A stretch of DNA of 63,278 bases, filler included, from Choristocarpus tenellus KU-1152 (GCA_964200185.2; 6 parts of 6 records of this genome joined end to end with filler, not necessarily neighbours in it); one strand, 5' to 3'; numbered from the whole stretch's first letter, positions 24,745 to 38,620 are shown. The notes: generated from the letters alone by a model not told the origin. Numbers and translations: made by a program.

Positions 24745-26657
24745 ATGGCGACGTTTACGTGCACAGCTTGCGCCCTCACGTTCACGGACGTGGAGGGACA
24801 CAAGGCTCACTACAAGCTGGACTGGCATCGATACAACCTGCGCCGCAAGGTGTCTGGCTTAGGACCAGTGAATCAGGGGGACTTCGATCGAAGGCTAGCC
24901 GCCTCTCTGGGAACCAGCTTGCCCAAGGCTGACTTCCACGAACAGTGCAAGCCTTGTCGCAAGAGCTTCAGAAGCGAGGGGTTGTGAGTGTGTGGTCGTG
25001 CGCTATCTTTCACTATCAGGATTTATCTCTAAATTAGTCTACCCACACCCCATTGTCGTGTGCTTAAGTTGAAGGTGACTGTCGCAGACAATTATTAAAA
25101 TAGGGGAAGTGACCTTGGCAGCCGCTGATTTATTTCGTCGCAACTCCAGGTTCAAACAGCACATGGACTCCAAGAAACACAAGGAAACTTTGAGAAAGCT
25201 TGAGAAGGGGGGAAATACAGGACGGCAGCACTCAATCCATTTTCCAGTGCCGATGGTGTCAGTTGAAGCTGGAGGCACAGTTGCCCCCCCAGCCCCAGTC
25301 ACAGAGACACACCAGGTCCGAAAACTTGTTTGATATCCAGAAACTTGCATTATTGCGCCCTCTCGAGTGTCTTGAACTAAAATCCCGTAGTTCACGTTGA
25401 ATGCAGCTGCATGTCTGTCTTATCCTTTTTTCTGCCAATCTTATCTTCCCTATCTGTACCCCTACCCTCACACACACTTCATCGGCACAACGGACCAACT
25501 AGACAGGTGTCTGAGCTTACATGTCTTTGCATTGATCTTCTTTTATCGCCTCCACTGTACTGCAACTAACTCTCACCCATTCCAAAGCACCAGGAAGGTC
25601 CCCTGGTCGTTACGGACGGCGTGAGGGCGAGTGCAATGGAAATTTCGATCACAGTAGGGGACACCTTGCACAAGGAGAAGAAGGAGAATGATAATACTAA
25701 GGAGTCAGGAGAGTCACAATCACATGATGGAAGTTCCGATGAGAGGGAGAATGGTGATCAATTGCCCACGATGGGAGAAAACATCTGTATCTTTTGCAAC
25801 TTGCAATGCGAAGACTTCGACGGGAACTGCAGGCACATGCTTCATGCTCATGGGTAGGGCATAATTTTGTTTCGATTTCCTGCACTGTACTTATTACAAT
25901 ATGGTTCATTCTGTCTGCAGGGCTAAGAGCACCATCAGATCACAGTACAGTTTGAATCAGAATATCCCCCAAACAGCTTGAAGCGGGAGAGCTAGAGTCA
26001 CAGACGTGGATGACCACATCCATCGAGACAAACGTAACTGTAGCATGCGCCTATCGCATTAGACTGATCAAAAGCTGAAAAGAAACTGCCTCAGACTGTA
26101 ATAGATCGGCTCAGTTCATTCAGAAGCTCACCAGGAAGTGGGATGCATGTAGATATTGTTGGTGCATCATTAAGGATCATACAGTTCCTATGCGGTTTTT
26201 TTGACGGCTTCCCGAAGCATTGAAAACTGAATTCGAGCCTGGTGTCCTCAACCTTATTTTCATTCCCTCGTCACAGTAGTGAGAGAACTGCAGCCTGCGT
26301 AGTTTAAGCGCGTTCTCCTAAAAAAACTCATTTCGTGCTCTTTTGCTGTGTTTTGGTCTTCTTTGGTGGAACGTATTCAGCCCCATGCATGGATCCTATT
26401 TACCCTGTAGGAAGCACCACTCACTTTGTTGCTGCTCAGATATATAAAGTTTTCGAATGATGTTTTGTCTCCACGTGTGTGTGTGTTTGTGCAACTCGAT
26501 TTTTATTGTTTCAAGGTTCTTCATCCCGGATGTGGAGTATCTGGTGGATGCAAAGGGCCTGATAAAGTATCTCGAGGAGAAGGTGAAGATAGGAAATATA
26601 TGCCTATACTGCAATGGCAAGGGCAAAGGCTTCCATGGCTACCGCGCTGTCCAACAG
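24745..26657 (+). CDS. ZNF622: Cytoplasmic pre-60S maturation zinc-finger protein ZNF622/Rei1, 3' part lost at a contig join
   Basis: Exons 24745-24983, 25150-25315, about 25588-25853 and 26516-26657. Motifs FTCTAC..HYKLDWHRYNLRRKV, CKPCRKSF..HMDSKKH, CIFCN..HMLHAHGFFIPDVEYLVD..LIKYLEEKV..CLYCN. Confidence 0.95.
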
Positions 26658-27575
26658 GTGGGTAGGTGGGTGATGGGTTAGCCAGAGAGAGGATCCCACT
26701 GTGGGTTTTTCTGGATGGAGGCTGGAGTTGAAGTTAGAGTTTGTTGCGGCATGGGGTTGGAGTCTTGACTGGTAATGTGGGTTTCCAGATTTTTGCCAAG
26801 GCGTAAGTTCGAGCAAAGTTGAGGCATGTAAGGTTTATATAACAGCAAGAATGCTGTAGGATCACTCCAGGAATTCATGCAAGGCGAAGAGGCTTACTTA
26901 CAGAAGGGGTGCAATACCTGCGTGGTATGTCATTGTAAAGTCATATCTGCTGCTGCAGAGTAGACCATGAAAGTATTCTGAGCTTCTCGCCAAAGTGCAC
27001 CATCCTCCTGTACCCCCCTGTCTCCTGCAATGACCAGCTGGCATCCAAGCCTGTCGCAGTGGTCCACCTCCAGGCAAAGAGGTTTACCGCCACACCCCTG
27101 TTCACTTACACCCACACACAAAAACTTCCAACTCCTCCACATCGTAGATCTCTTCGCAAGCAAGCAAAGTTGTTCTGTCCCCTCCCCCCCCTGTCTCCTG
27201 CAATGATCAGCTGGCATCCAAGCCTGTCGCAGTNNNNNNNNNNNNNNNNNNNNNNNNNNNNNNNNNNNNNNNNNNNNTTAATTAATTAANNNNNNNNNNN
27301 NNNNNNNNNNNNNNNNNNNNNNNNNNNNNNNNNCACCAAAAGAACCCCACAAACAGGAGCCCCCTCACCCCTCCCCCCCCCCCCCATACCCCCCACCCCC
27401 CCACCTGCCTGTTCCAAAACAGAAAAAACACATGAACCAATGCCTGCATCAGCTGGTCAAACCAATGGCAACATTAATCCATACCAATAGAATAAAACCA
27501 AACACAAAATTAAACACGGGCACTGTCAAAATTCAAAGTGATCCAGCCCAGCAGTGGAATGCCCTACTCTCATTA

Positions 27576-30500
27576 TCACAGTGACTCAAGTCGAGATTTC
27601 ATCTCAGACAAGCCTTCATCCACCACCTCCTCCTCATGCTTGACCTCCTCTACTTCTGGCACAGCTGTTGGGGCAGCTCCTGCCCCCTCCAACACTCCAG
27701 CAGTCAGCTCGGCAATAACAGCATCCACCTCTCTTGACGCCTCCTCCTCCACCCCCTCCCCCTGCCATCGGAAACAAAAACAAGATCAACTGAATCTCAG
27801 ATTCTTTGCTTGTAAGATTTGTGCATTTGCTCGCAAACATAAAAACATCGGTTGAGTGCATACACGTGTGAGCAGTGACTAGCTTACCTTGATGGAGTTA
27901 ACAAATAAAGACAGTGTACGCATGCATTAATAATAGCCTGCAAAAGGAGCAGTGCGTACTATTGAACATGCACTTATTAAAATTGCAGACCATCAACTCA
28001 CTCAAACGGTTCTTGCCATACTCCCAATAGTACATAATCCAGAGTACAAAAAAACACCCCACAAACTGTTCAAACTGATGCTGAACAGAGCAAGTATATC
28101 AAAGCGATTGGTTCAGCTTAGCTCATCATCTCATGTTCCTTTGGGAGAACGAAGAAGAATGCTCAAACAAGGGGGGGGACGGAAGGGGCTGCAACTGCCA
28201 AGGTAATTTACATCCCCAGCCTTTGGGAGTCACAAGACCTAACACATTGAGAGGGCATTAAAAAAGACTTGAGTGTCATGTTTCCATCGGGCTAGGCACT
28301 TCCAAGAGCCATTTGTCTTCGCTAGTTGTGGCAACACAAACGCACACCCAATGTAGTACAAATAACATTTCTTGTCTTTTCTGTCTTCCACTACAGGCGG
28401 GGCATTCTGACCCAGCAAATATCATGAACAGGTGAAAAAGAAAAGGGAAAAGGGATCACGAACCCATCAAAACTTCCAACAGAAGAAGTGAAAAAAAAAA
28501 TCACTACAATACTACACATAGTGGTTCTTAAAAGCATGACCTGCAAAATAGATTGCAATGTAAAAACACCACAGTACAAAAGCTCTCACAATTACGTTGC
28601 TATCGCATTGAAAGCCAGACCGAAACTTGACTCGTAGATGAAGTGAATGTGGAAGGGAAGACAACAGTGAGATAGACTAGAATTAGAGGAAAAGGATAGG
28701 TGGATAAGTGTGAGGGGAGGGGGAGAGGGTGTGCATTATGGGGTAGCGCGGGGAGAGCTGCTCACATCGACCATGTCCAGTCCATCGCTAACAATCTCTT
28801 CTACCAACCCTGCCTTCTCCATCTCCCTAGCCAAGTCCATCATCGTCTTCTGCAGCTCCGGAATTTTTACGAGACTTTCACAACACCAAGCAAGAAGCGT
28901 GTGGTGTTCGATGTTTGCATTCATGTCAAGACGGACTTGTGTGGAGGGTTGAACCACGAATATTTTGCTTCAAGGGCATTGTCATTCCATAGCAGTCATG
29001 CTCAACTTCAATCATTATTACGTGGGGCTACGAGTTTTCACACAGGAAAGGGAGCCATTCACAAACCGATAAACAAAGGTGTTAGGAAACACAAAGAATT
29101 GAAAAGGCACAAGCACTTGATGGAGGCAGAGAGACCTTGTGTGCTAGGTCAAGGACTAGGTGGAGTCATGTAGTGTGTGGGATTCGGGTAAGTGGTCCTA
29201 AGGCTGGGTTCAGTGTTGGTTCAAATAATGCGATGTGTCAGTAAGTAGTACAATACCAGTGTCATGGAGGGTGTGACATTGTGTTGGGGTAAGAAATGAG
29301 GATGTAGTTGCATCGTGCCATAGAGGTAGGTGTGGCAACAACCAGTATTCTCATGTGCATGGTTTGTCAGCATTACATATGCTCTGTTTTAATTCGCCAT
29401 GCTTTCCTTGCTCATGTTAGAAGGCTTACAAGAGTCCCAACGTGTGTTTCGACATGCGGCTAGAGGTACTAAAGTGAGTTCGAATCACAAAACAATACTT
29501 CTTAGACGCATCTACACACTATATATTGTACAAAACGAAGCGGAGGGGTGGAGGTGGGAGAGGAAGAGAGATAAGACAAGGAAAAGCTTCCACTGATTGC
29601 AATGGAATCACTCTTCAATCACCAGTCATGTTACTCCAAAAAATAAATGGAAAGGTTCCTTGCGCACGAAGGTCTTTGAAAGATGCCACAGGAACAGTGT
29701 GTGTGTCTTCCCTGGTCATTAAAATAAGTATCTTTGAGAAACTTCCCAGCTTCTGCTTGAGTAACCTAGAGCTTGACCCACCTTCCAATGGTTTTCATGA
29801 CCTCCGTGCTCTTCTTCATTACCCCAGAGACCTTGAGCATGCCTGGGCACAAATGCAACAAATATATATATATGTATGTCGATGGTAGAAACAGAGATCT
29901 GGGTGTGTTTTATGCGTGCAAACCCAGAATATTTTTACCACAGATATCACAAGCTGAACATGAGAATGTTCAAAGCAAATATAGTTAGCGATGGACTGGA
30001 CAAAATGTACACACACAAATATCAAAGAGAAGTCAGTGTACTGTCAAAGTGCCTTGATTGCCATGGTGCAATCTCCAGTAAATCACAGTGTGGTGTTGCA
30101 GGCATATTGGAATGCTGTAACCCTAACCCTAAACAAGGACAACCAAAATGAAACAGAGCAAGGCTGCACGGAAAGATATTTATTGCAATAAAAAGCATCA
30201 CAACACGAAGCGTTCAACTGTTCGATAGTAAATACTGATTAGAGTGGGCAGACTGTGTATGCCACCCAGATAGACAATTGACACATCCACTTACATCACC
30301 AAAAGCCCAACTTACAACAAGAGATCACAAGAAAAAAATATGCAAGGAATTAACATGATCGTATGAATGACTATTGACTAACTCATTGAAGTAAATCGTG
30401 AGCTCTTAACACAGCCAAGTGCAAGTTGATGACCGTCTCTATTTTTCTGGTCCATCAACTCACTGATCTGATTATTGAGCTGCATCTCAACCGAGTGCAA

Positions 30501-31316
30501 GTGTGCCCTCCCCTCATACATCCGGTTCTTCGCATTTCTTGACGACACCAGCTGCCTTGCCAAAACCTGAGTAAACAGATATTAATTCAAAACACGCGAC
30601 GCAAAAGCAGTGAGATAGAGCAGCCTCACCCCCATCTGCTTTATGCCCCTGCCTCCACCTAACAAAAAAGGCAAAGGTGGTCGGCACCTATTTACCTAGA
30701 CAACAGCGGCAATGTCAAACAAAAAGGCACCATGTCTGGATTGTGCAAAGTACCTTGATTGATTTCTCATTCCGCGATCCCTGCTTGGCCAGATCCTTGA
30801 TCTCCTTTGTGACTTTCTTCTCCGCTGTCTCCAGTGTTGTTATCTGGCGTTCTAGCGTGCGCATCTTGATGTGGGGCAAGAAACCAAGTCCGACTGGCAG
30901 TTAGGGGAGCACTTAACACGTCTTCATCTCTATCTAAGTTCGGGGGCCTACGCCTGAGAGAGATTTTTTATTGGGTGGTGTGTACGCAAATCCCTGACTA
31001 GCGCAAGTCTATCCGAATCACCTAGCAGCTTGGAAATGAATGAGACTCCTTCCCTACAACGTAGTCATTGAAGTCCGGAGGTGCTTCTTCTATGTGCCTA
31101 TTCGTTATTAGAATACCTCCCAAACGTTCGGCCTGTCCCGGCCATCATAGGTATAAAAAAATCAGCCACGTGTTCAAACTATTCCTCCTATCGATGTCCA
31201 CTCCAATTTCAATTGAGCTTGACTATTTGGAAGCTCACCTCTCTGTGGATATTGCGTTTCCATTCCTTTGCTTGCTCTGAAGGGTCCGGTGGTTTCCTTC
31301 CCAGAATTCGGCGCAT
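27576..31316 (-). CDS. CHMP3: ESCRT-III subunit CHMP3/Vps24, 6 exons
   Basis: Exons 31316-31239, 30864-30754, 30566-30464, 29842-29782, 28874-28766 and 27761-27576 give MRRILGRKPPDPSEQAKEWKRNIHRE..VLARQLVSSR..KKSTEVMK..LVKIPELQKTMMDLAREMEKAGLVEEIVSD..EMKSRLESL*. Snf7 family with a MIM1-type C terminus. Confidence 0.93.
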
Positions 31317-31570
31317 GATTCAGCCCCCCCTTTTTGGCACAGTCTCTCTCACCCCTTCTCTCTCCCTCACTCTCTCCAGAGGTAGAGGAACACCCTCTTG
31401 TGTTGTTCCCTACAAAAACAATGACCCGAATTGTTGTAATCAACACTATGTAGCGCTATGTAGCGCTATGTAGCCATAGAGGAATTGGAATGTAGGACGT
31501 GTTTTGGAAAGTTGGGTTGATTGTGTTGTACCATTTCATCAGCGAAGTGCCTCACAAGGTTGAGGCTACT

Positions 31571-34500
31571 ATGGCCTCCACCCTGCGCTCCCTGGGAAAA
31601 TCGGGGAGGACCGTGTCCTTCTCCACTCCACAGAAGTTTCGGAGAAATTGGAGAACGATGATAGAAAGGGGCATGTCTGGCGTAGCCGAGACGAGTTTCG
31701 CTTCTAAAGGAAGGAAAACAGCGGGAGTAGTTGTATTCTCGACCTTGGTGCGTCATCAGGACGGTGAATACACTTTGATGAAGTTTTGGAAGAATCACAC
31801 ATTGACGCTTGGATGTCGAGTTAACTCCGTGGACGTTTCTTGACCTGCAGAAATAGTGGTTGGTTGGCCCAAAGAAGAGAGGCGAGAACAGACCTATGAA
31901 GATGGGAATAGCAGGAGTTCGTTGTTGCCAACTCTAGGTGCACAAGGCATATTCGTCGATGAAACATTTGTCATCGATCATGATGGATTGGTGCACCCCT
32001 TGATCAGTTGAACTTCGAACTTGCAGGTCGTCTTGAAGTGTACTGACACCTCATGTGGTCACATTAGGTAGGGGCAACATTCTGCCTGGGGGCATGGCAG
32101 GCGAAACGATACTACTGGAAGGTGGATCTAACGGAAGAAAGGAAGGCAAAAATGGACATGGACCCCGTTGATCTGCAAACTTGGAGCATCAAGTGAGTTG
32201 TCACTCTGTTATGAAAGTGAGGATCCAGGAGTTACCCTGTATAGGTAATCGAATATGATTAGGCTTGCATCAGAAATGAGTGAACAATTTGTATCTATGA
32301 CGTCTGATGGCGGTAGTGCTTGTGATGAACCCAAGACCAGTTATTGCCCCGATTATATCGTGGTAAATTGGCTGATTATCTCTCCCTATTCCTATATTTA
32401 TGGAAGTTTGCAGATGATAGGATTCAGAAACCAAGAGAAGCAGGCAGCACATAGCGGCGACGAAAAATCCACAGCCTTGAACAAACACTATATATGTGCA
32501 CTCCAGCATGATGTCATGAGGTTGTCACAGTTGTTGGTTGCCCTCTCCTTTCTATTCACCCCATCGCACATCTGTTCGTCTCTGTACTCTGTCGTCACAA
32601 GAACAACTCCACACGATGGTGGCGAGGAAGCAACATGTGTTTCCTATCTACATGTCTCCCATCCCCTACCCTCTGTTCCTCTCCTCTTGCTCTAGTGCTC
32701 TGTCAGCTGGCGGAGACAGAAGCAAAGTTGGACAGGATGGGGCAACTCTCCCAGAGAGCATGGATGGGCGTCTTGTTCATGTAATGGGAGTCTTCGACCA
32801 TAACATGGAGGTGCTAGTTGGTGCGTTGATATAGTCAGAATGTTGGCGAGATGTTATATGGGAGCAGTGATATCACTTGGCAGTAAGGGGTCATGAGCAA
32901 TTTATTTTATGTTACAACTTATTATCATGCTGGAAGTGGTTGATCCTTAACTGGTTAACCTTCAACCTTTGAAGAAGTGATTTGAAGAATTTTTTGGTTC
33001 AATTTTGGTATTGGAGCTTCAGTTGGGGTCCCTTGTTGATATGATGCCATTGGACTATCCTCTATACCTGTGTGAGGGAATGGATTAAAGGATCGAGGTT
33101 GTTGCTCCTTTTTGAGACTGGGTCAGTCAGCTTCTGGGGAATTTGGCACAAATTGGCATGCACTGAAACAATGAGATCACCAATGTTGATGAGAAGTCCT
33201 GACCAAGGTGGATTCTTTAGCTTTTGAATCTTTCCCTGTGTTACTTCTCTGCCAGTGAACGTTGTGGTAGAGGAGGAACGGAGGACGATTGTTGCTTGTC
33301 CTGTTGACCACAGCTCACAAGAGGTACTCAGACCTCTCTTTTCTTCAAGTTTTCTGACTTCTGTCATGCGCACAGTGCAACTGGACTTTATCTACATACC
33401 TTATCCCTTGACCTTTTTTTGGTCTACACCATGTTCGCTGTTTAGAACTGCGTAGTGAGAGTGATAAGACACCAAACAATTGTCCTTGTGGATAATTGAC
33501 CTCAATGCACTGCTGGTGCCTCAGGCATTGGCATCCAGGGCAGAACATACTCTCATGCACTCTTTGCAAGCAATAATGTAGACCAATGCATACTGTGGTT
33601 CAATGGCCACAGGCCTGCGCAGTGCTCCAGAAGGGCTCTCTGGCCCTTCTAATGCCCCATCCATGGCAACAAACCCCATGGGCTACTTCCTATTCACACC
33701 TCTGACAAGAGAGGATGGTTCAATGGTGGTGATCAACCGTGGATGGGTTCCACAGTCAGGAAAAGGTGAGAGGGGGGGGTGTTAAAATGTGTGTTGAGTC
33801 AGGTTTGTTTGGTGGCACATGGACCAGCCCCCCACGCCACATGAGTCTTTTTTTTTCTATGTTTTATTAAGTGTACTCTTATGCTATCTAGATTGTCTAT
33901 TTCAGGCACTGTGTTTTCGATTCATGCTGTGGGTTTGATACAGGCAAAGGTAGGTGGAGTAGCCTATTTTTTCTTGAGTAGAAAGAACAATATCGTCCCT
34001 TGTGCACCCCCTCTGGTGTAGGGTGTGGACTACTGAAGGGAAGAGGTTATGCTGTTTTTTGTTTTGGGGACGACATCTTGTGCTGGTGGGTGAAGAGGAT
34101 CCCATGGGTGTGATCGTGTCTGTATGTCTCTTTAAACTTTATTTGTCTGTGAATAATTGTTGGCAATGGAGGGGTTAGTGGCTGGAGTAGTCCTCTTCAT
34201 ATGGTGGAGGTGGTGAAGTGTTTGATGAGCCCTGCACAGTTTGACACTTGATATAGGGTACCTGGGAGTGGTTGGTGTTCCCAAGAAAGCTTTAGTCTTA
34301 ATATTAGCTGTTGGGATGCCTCTGCAACAGAATGACAGAAGGCAAAAATGAGCATGATGTAGCATTGTTCTACCGTAGGCCAGTGACAAGACAAGCATAA
34401 TATTTTTTCAGGTTGCAATATTTTGGCCTCCAGTGGCCTGGAAACCCTTTTTTTTTGTTCTCAGTGTTGGTATGCTGTATGATCGTGCAAGACTGTGGAG

Positions 34501-36740
34501 TGGGTGCAGAGTAAACCATCCTGGAGGGACGCACCACTCACAGCTAGTGGGCCCTCTTTTTTTTCGACTCGTTTTTAGTTAAGGGTTAGGACTGCATGAA
34601 TGCCACTGTATCGTGTGATTTACACAACAGGTTAAATAGAATATGGGAGGAATAGAGTCTTCAGAACAGTGTGACCCCTGGGGGGGAAAGCGGTAACCGT
34701 ATGGAGCATTGCTTATAGGCCTTCAGCAGGATGTTTGTACCAATCTGCCAACCCTCCCAACTTGTCCTCTAAATCATCGTTCCGTTGACGTCTTGGGTGC
34801 ATTTACTCCCCTGGCATAATGCCTTTGCTCAACCCCGTGTTTTGGTGTGTTAATAAATAACACTGCCACCTGCTCCACCCTCACGCCATTATCTGCTTTT
34901 CGGGATGGACTGTCTGCACTTAGAGTGGAGTCGGCCCACAGGTAAGGTGTCTTTAACAGGGGTGATCAAGCATGGGGAGAAACGTGGCATGTTCTCTCCC
35001 CCGAATAACCCAACCAGTAAACGCTTACTGTGGGTAGAGATGGAGGCGTTGAGCGAGGCCGTTGGATATAAGGGCGAGGGCAACCCCATTCTGGTGGAAG
35101 TTGTTGGTGAGCTTTGCACACTTGGCGTTGTGTAGGAGGGGGAAGAAAAAAAAAGGGAGGACCCGGGAGGAGATAGAGGAGGGGGGGGGGAAAAAAAAAA
35201 AAAAAAAAAAATGGAAAAGAAACGAGAAAGGAGAAAGGAAACAACGNNNNNNNNNNGGGGAGTGTGGGAACTGGGGGGGGGTGGAGGGGGGGGAAAAAAA
35301 AAAAAGGGGGGGCCGGGGGGGAAAAGGGGGGGGGGGGGGGAAAAAAAAAAAAAAAAGGTCTTTGAATAGCACGTGGCGTTGCATGAGTGTTGTAGAGGTA
35401 GGTGTACCTACTAGAAGGGTCTGCACATGAGTGGGAAGGTAGTGGCGGGTAGAAACCGTGAGAGGATTGTGGGCACAGAGAAGAGTGACTATTGTCTCGT
35501 CTCCAACTCCTGTTGTTTCTTGCTGGCTGTCACCAGCATGCTTGGCAGCTGTGCGTGCTGTAAGAAATGTAGGGTAACAGTTCGTTGCCTCTTACTACGG
35601 AACGTTCCGTATCTCATTATGTCGCACTTCACTCTTGATTGCAAGCTGCATAGACGAGTGTGAGACTGCGCTCCCAGTGTTAATAGATGGCAGTCTTGTG
35701 ACACTGGTAAAAGTGTTTGATGCATTGAAGCGTGTCCTTGCTGCGCTCGTTCTCAGGGTCAGACTCGGAGGATGCCCAACCAGGTAAGTTAAAATACCCC
35801 TTGGAGAAGAGAGCTCATCATTTCCAAGACTTCCATGTAACCCCGCTGACACACCTGATGTATGCTGCTACTTGGTGAGTGTGGGAAGAGGCGATGTCTG
35901 GTGTATTGTGTGTAAAGCATGTGTACTCTCTATTGTTGTGGGTCGCATGTGTTATGATTGGTCTCCTGGAGGAGACCCAGAAAGTTCCCACCATCTTAGT
36001 AACACCTGTGTGAAGAGGGATGTGGGTGGGGGCGTGATTAATGTGATTATTGAGTAGCGTACCGAGTCGAACATATTGATGAGCATAAGCCAAGTTGACT
36101 CGAAAAACCTCCATGTACTCAAGTAGAATTGGAGTGTGCTTTAGGTGCCAAGCGCCTGAAGAAAAGGGAAGCAGAGCACACAAGGCACTCTCACACGAGA
36201 CTGTAGCTAATTGAATCCAACCCTTAAATACCGATATCAATTTTTCTCCAATATTTTTTTGTTCAAGCAATCCAATTGCTAGGGTTCATTTCACAACACT
36301 CCAGAGCAAGAGGACCGAGAGAGTAGGTTAGATGTATTGAAGTTGGCTTCAGAGTGGTTTTGCGCTTGTGTGTACGTGTGACAGTGAGTTGGTTGTGAAA
36401 GGGACATTTTTGTTATCAACTGTAATACTAGAGTGTATTTTCTTCCATTCATGCTTGCCCCATTTCATGTCAGACCAGAGCGAGGAATCAGCGACCCCCT
36501 GGCGGTGATCTACTCCGGAGTAGCAGACTGTGGTGTGTTCCTTTCCCTCGATGGCGATCGACTAATGCTTCTCCTCCCCCTCTTGCCATTTTGCCTCTGT
36601 GGGGGCTTCCTCTTAGGTTCACCTTGGCAGGGGCTGCTTCAGCGATGACATGGATTCTCTTCAAGGGCAAGAGCAAACCGAGACTGCCAAGTAGTATCCC
36701 TCCTAGAGGCAATCCAGGCAACAGTAATCCAACAGTATGA
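31571..36740 (+). CDS. SURF1: SURF1/Shy1 cytochrome c oxidase assembly factor, 7 exons
   Basis: Exons 31571-31747, 32068-32192, 32696-32820, 33613-33765, 34924-35106, 35757-35874 and 36617-36740. Motifs TFCLGAWQAKRYYWK, GYFLFTPL..VINRGWVP and HLMYAATWFTLA. The basic, Ser-rich N terminus resembles a mitochondrial presequence. Confidence 0.93.
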
Positions 36741-38159
36741 CCGAAGTCGATGTGATCCTATGGAGTGACCAAAATCACTATTGCCGTTTACGACTACTTT
36801 GCCGAACTGCCCCTTGCTGAAATTTGGTATGTCCTTCTGGTTATGCTATGTGCGTCGAAGGGATAGAGAGTGCAGTCACAATATCACTGAATTATGTTTC
36901 TACTATGGTTGTTCCCATATCTCGGTTTTTGAGGGATTATCCTGCGCTGACAGCTGATGTCCAAATTGGTTGCAACCCCTGCTCCTCCACATACAAGGCA
37001 AATAGGCAGTGACTTTATGTTGTTGATAGGACAGGACCAAGTGAACTACCTAGACTGTTGTGAGTTGGACGAAAATGTGGGGACCTTGTTTGCAGTATTG
37101 TGGGATGTGCTATTATTCTGATTCCTGAGTAGATTAAGGAACTGAAAAAGAGTTTTTTTATCATTCCAGGGGGATACAAAAATTTGAAATACGCACCCTC
37201 GCTTCCTGGAGGGGAAAAAGAAAAAGGAGGCTTTTTTTTCATCAAATAATTTATCGGTTGATTCTCAAGTGCTTGTATAGTGCTCGATGTGCGAGACAAG
37301 TGTCTTTGCCGATTCTGTCAAGTGACGGCATACGTTACGAAAAACAAACTTTTTACACAGTTTCAGCGGCACATATTTTGCTAGTGCATTCTTACTTCTA
37401 TTCAGTGAGATGTAACCGCCTCGCAACATCCGACCTACATTTTCTTAAATGGAACCATTTTGAACGGCCCACCTACTAATCCAGGAAATCCCTGCTTTCA
37501 GCTGACTGAAGAATAAGATATTGACGGAGCAGTATCCAGTTGGGATGTTTGTTGCTACTGGTGCTACTATAAGCAATCCAAAGTATGCCATCAGCGGGTC
37601 TTGTGTGTAGTTATACCATACTACAGACAATACCACAACCCTTTTATACCGCTATCTCTTCCTCAACCCATCAACCCGACCACATTTTGTCAGAGATCCT
37701 ATTCGCTTTGCAATATATGTATATATATATATAAATCTTGGAGTTTCCTCTACCAATTCTTCAAGAGTAGTATTTGGTGCTCCATCCAGGAGTGGGCATT
37801 TGTGAATAATAACTTCATGAAGTCAACAGTATGATCAGTCTGATCTCACTTCTCTACATTGGAGATATTATTGCTACACACAATATGCCGCAAAATTGTA
37901 TGCATGTATCTATGTATAGTTACCCCAAGCAGGGTGAGTATTCTTTGGTGTGTGTTACATAGTCTAGATGAGAGGTGGCTCAAGGAACCCTCAGGGGGAC
38001 TTAGGGTTAATGAGAGATGAATAGCTTCATTTACATAAAAAATGGATCATTAAGTATTCTGTCCACCCCACCACTCCTGCTCGAATCCACGAAGGGGTCC
38101 TAACAAGGGTTCCAGATGCCACCTACGTATGAATTTTTTATTGGTAAGACACTTTTGTT

Positions 38160-38620
38160 CAATATATGAATGCAGTGATGGTCAAAGAGTTGGCAGATGA
38201 TGTCATGGAGAAAGAAGTAAGATACATCATGCTCAGATCCGTGGTAAGAAAATTAAAAAAGGAGACATTACATCTGATGAAAAATGCAGGATGTATGTTA
38301 CAGGCACGCTCCAGAAACTTACCTCCAATACTATGAGAAACAGTTTGCATCTGGACTAATCTGAGTATATAGTTGCTCCTTCTGAAACACCTTCAAATGT
38401 TGCAAAATGTACATCTTTGACATGGCCTAGAATAAATGGGACCCCAGTTCCGATCACCCTAATCACAAATGTGATCAATTCATCTCCACAATTCTTTAAA
38501 GAGGGTCCGTCCACAAGGTCACAGAATGTACTCTTATTCAAATTGTGTCTGCCTAATCTAAATATACCTTCCTTCTGAACTGGGACTTCAAAGTACAAAA
38601 TGAACAAATAAGAAATAAAA
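38160..38620 (+). mobile_element. Highly decayed Copia integrase remnant
   Basis: Fragments MKNAGCMLQA..LPPIL*ETV.WTN and HKVTECTLI resemble the ARCML..LP..LWGEAV and K..EC.LVGY motifs. Confidence 0.45.

Noticed and set aside
27012-27233. About 48-bp direct repeat at the contig end after REI1
   Set aside because: Truncated by the gap. Likely a tandem repeat or an assembly-end duplication; not interpretable.
35135-35360. Poly-G/poly-A tracts (also 42790-42899) suggesting G-quadruplexes or a Lys/Gly-rich ORF
   Set aside because: They lie next to N gaps and look like low-quality read ends.
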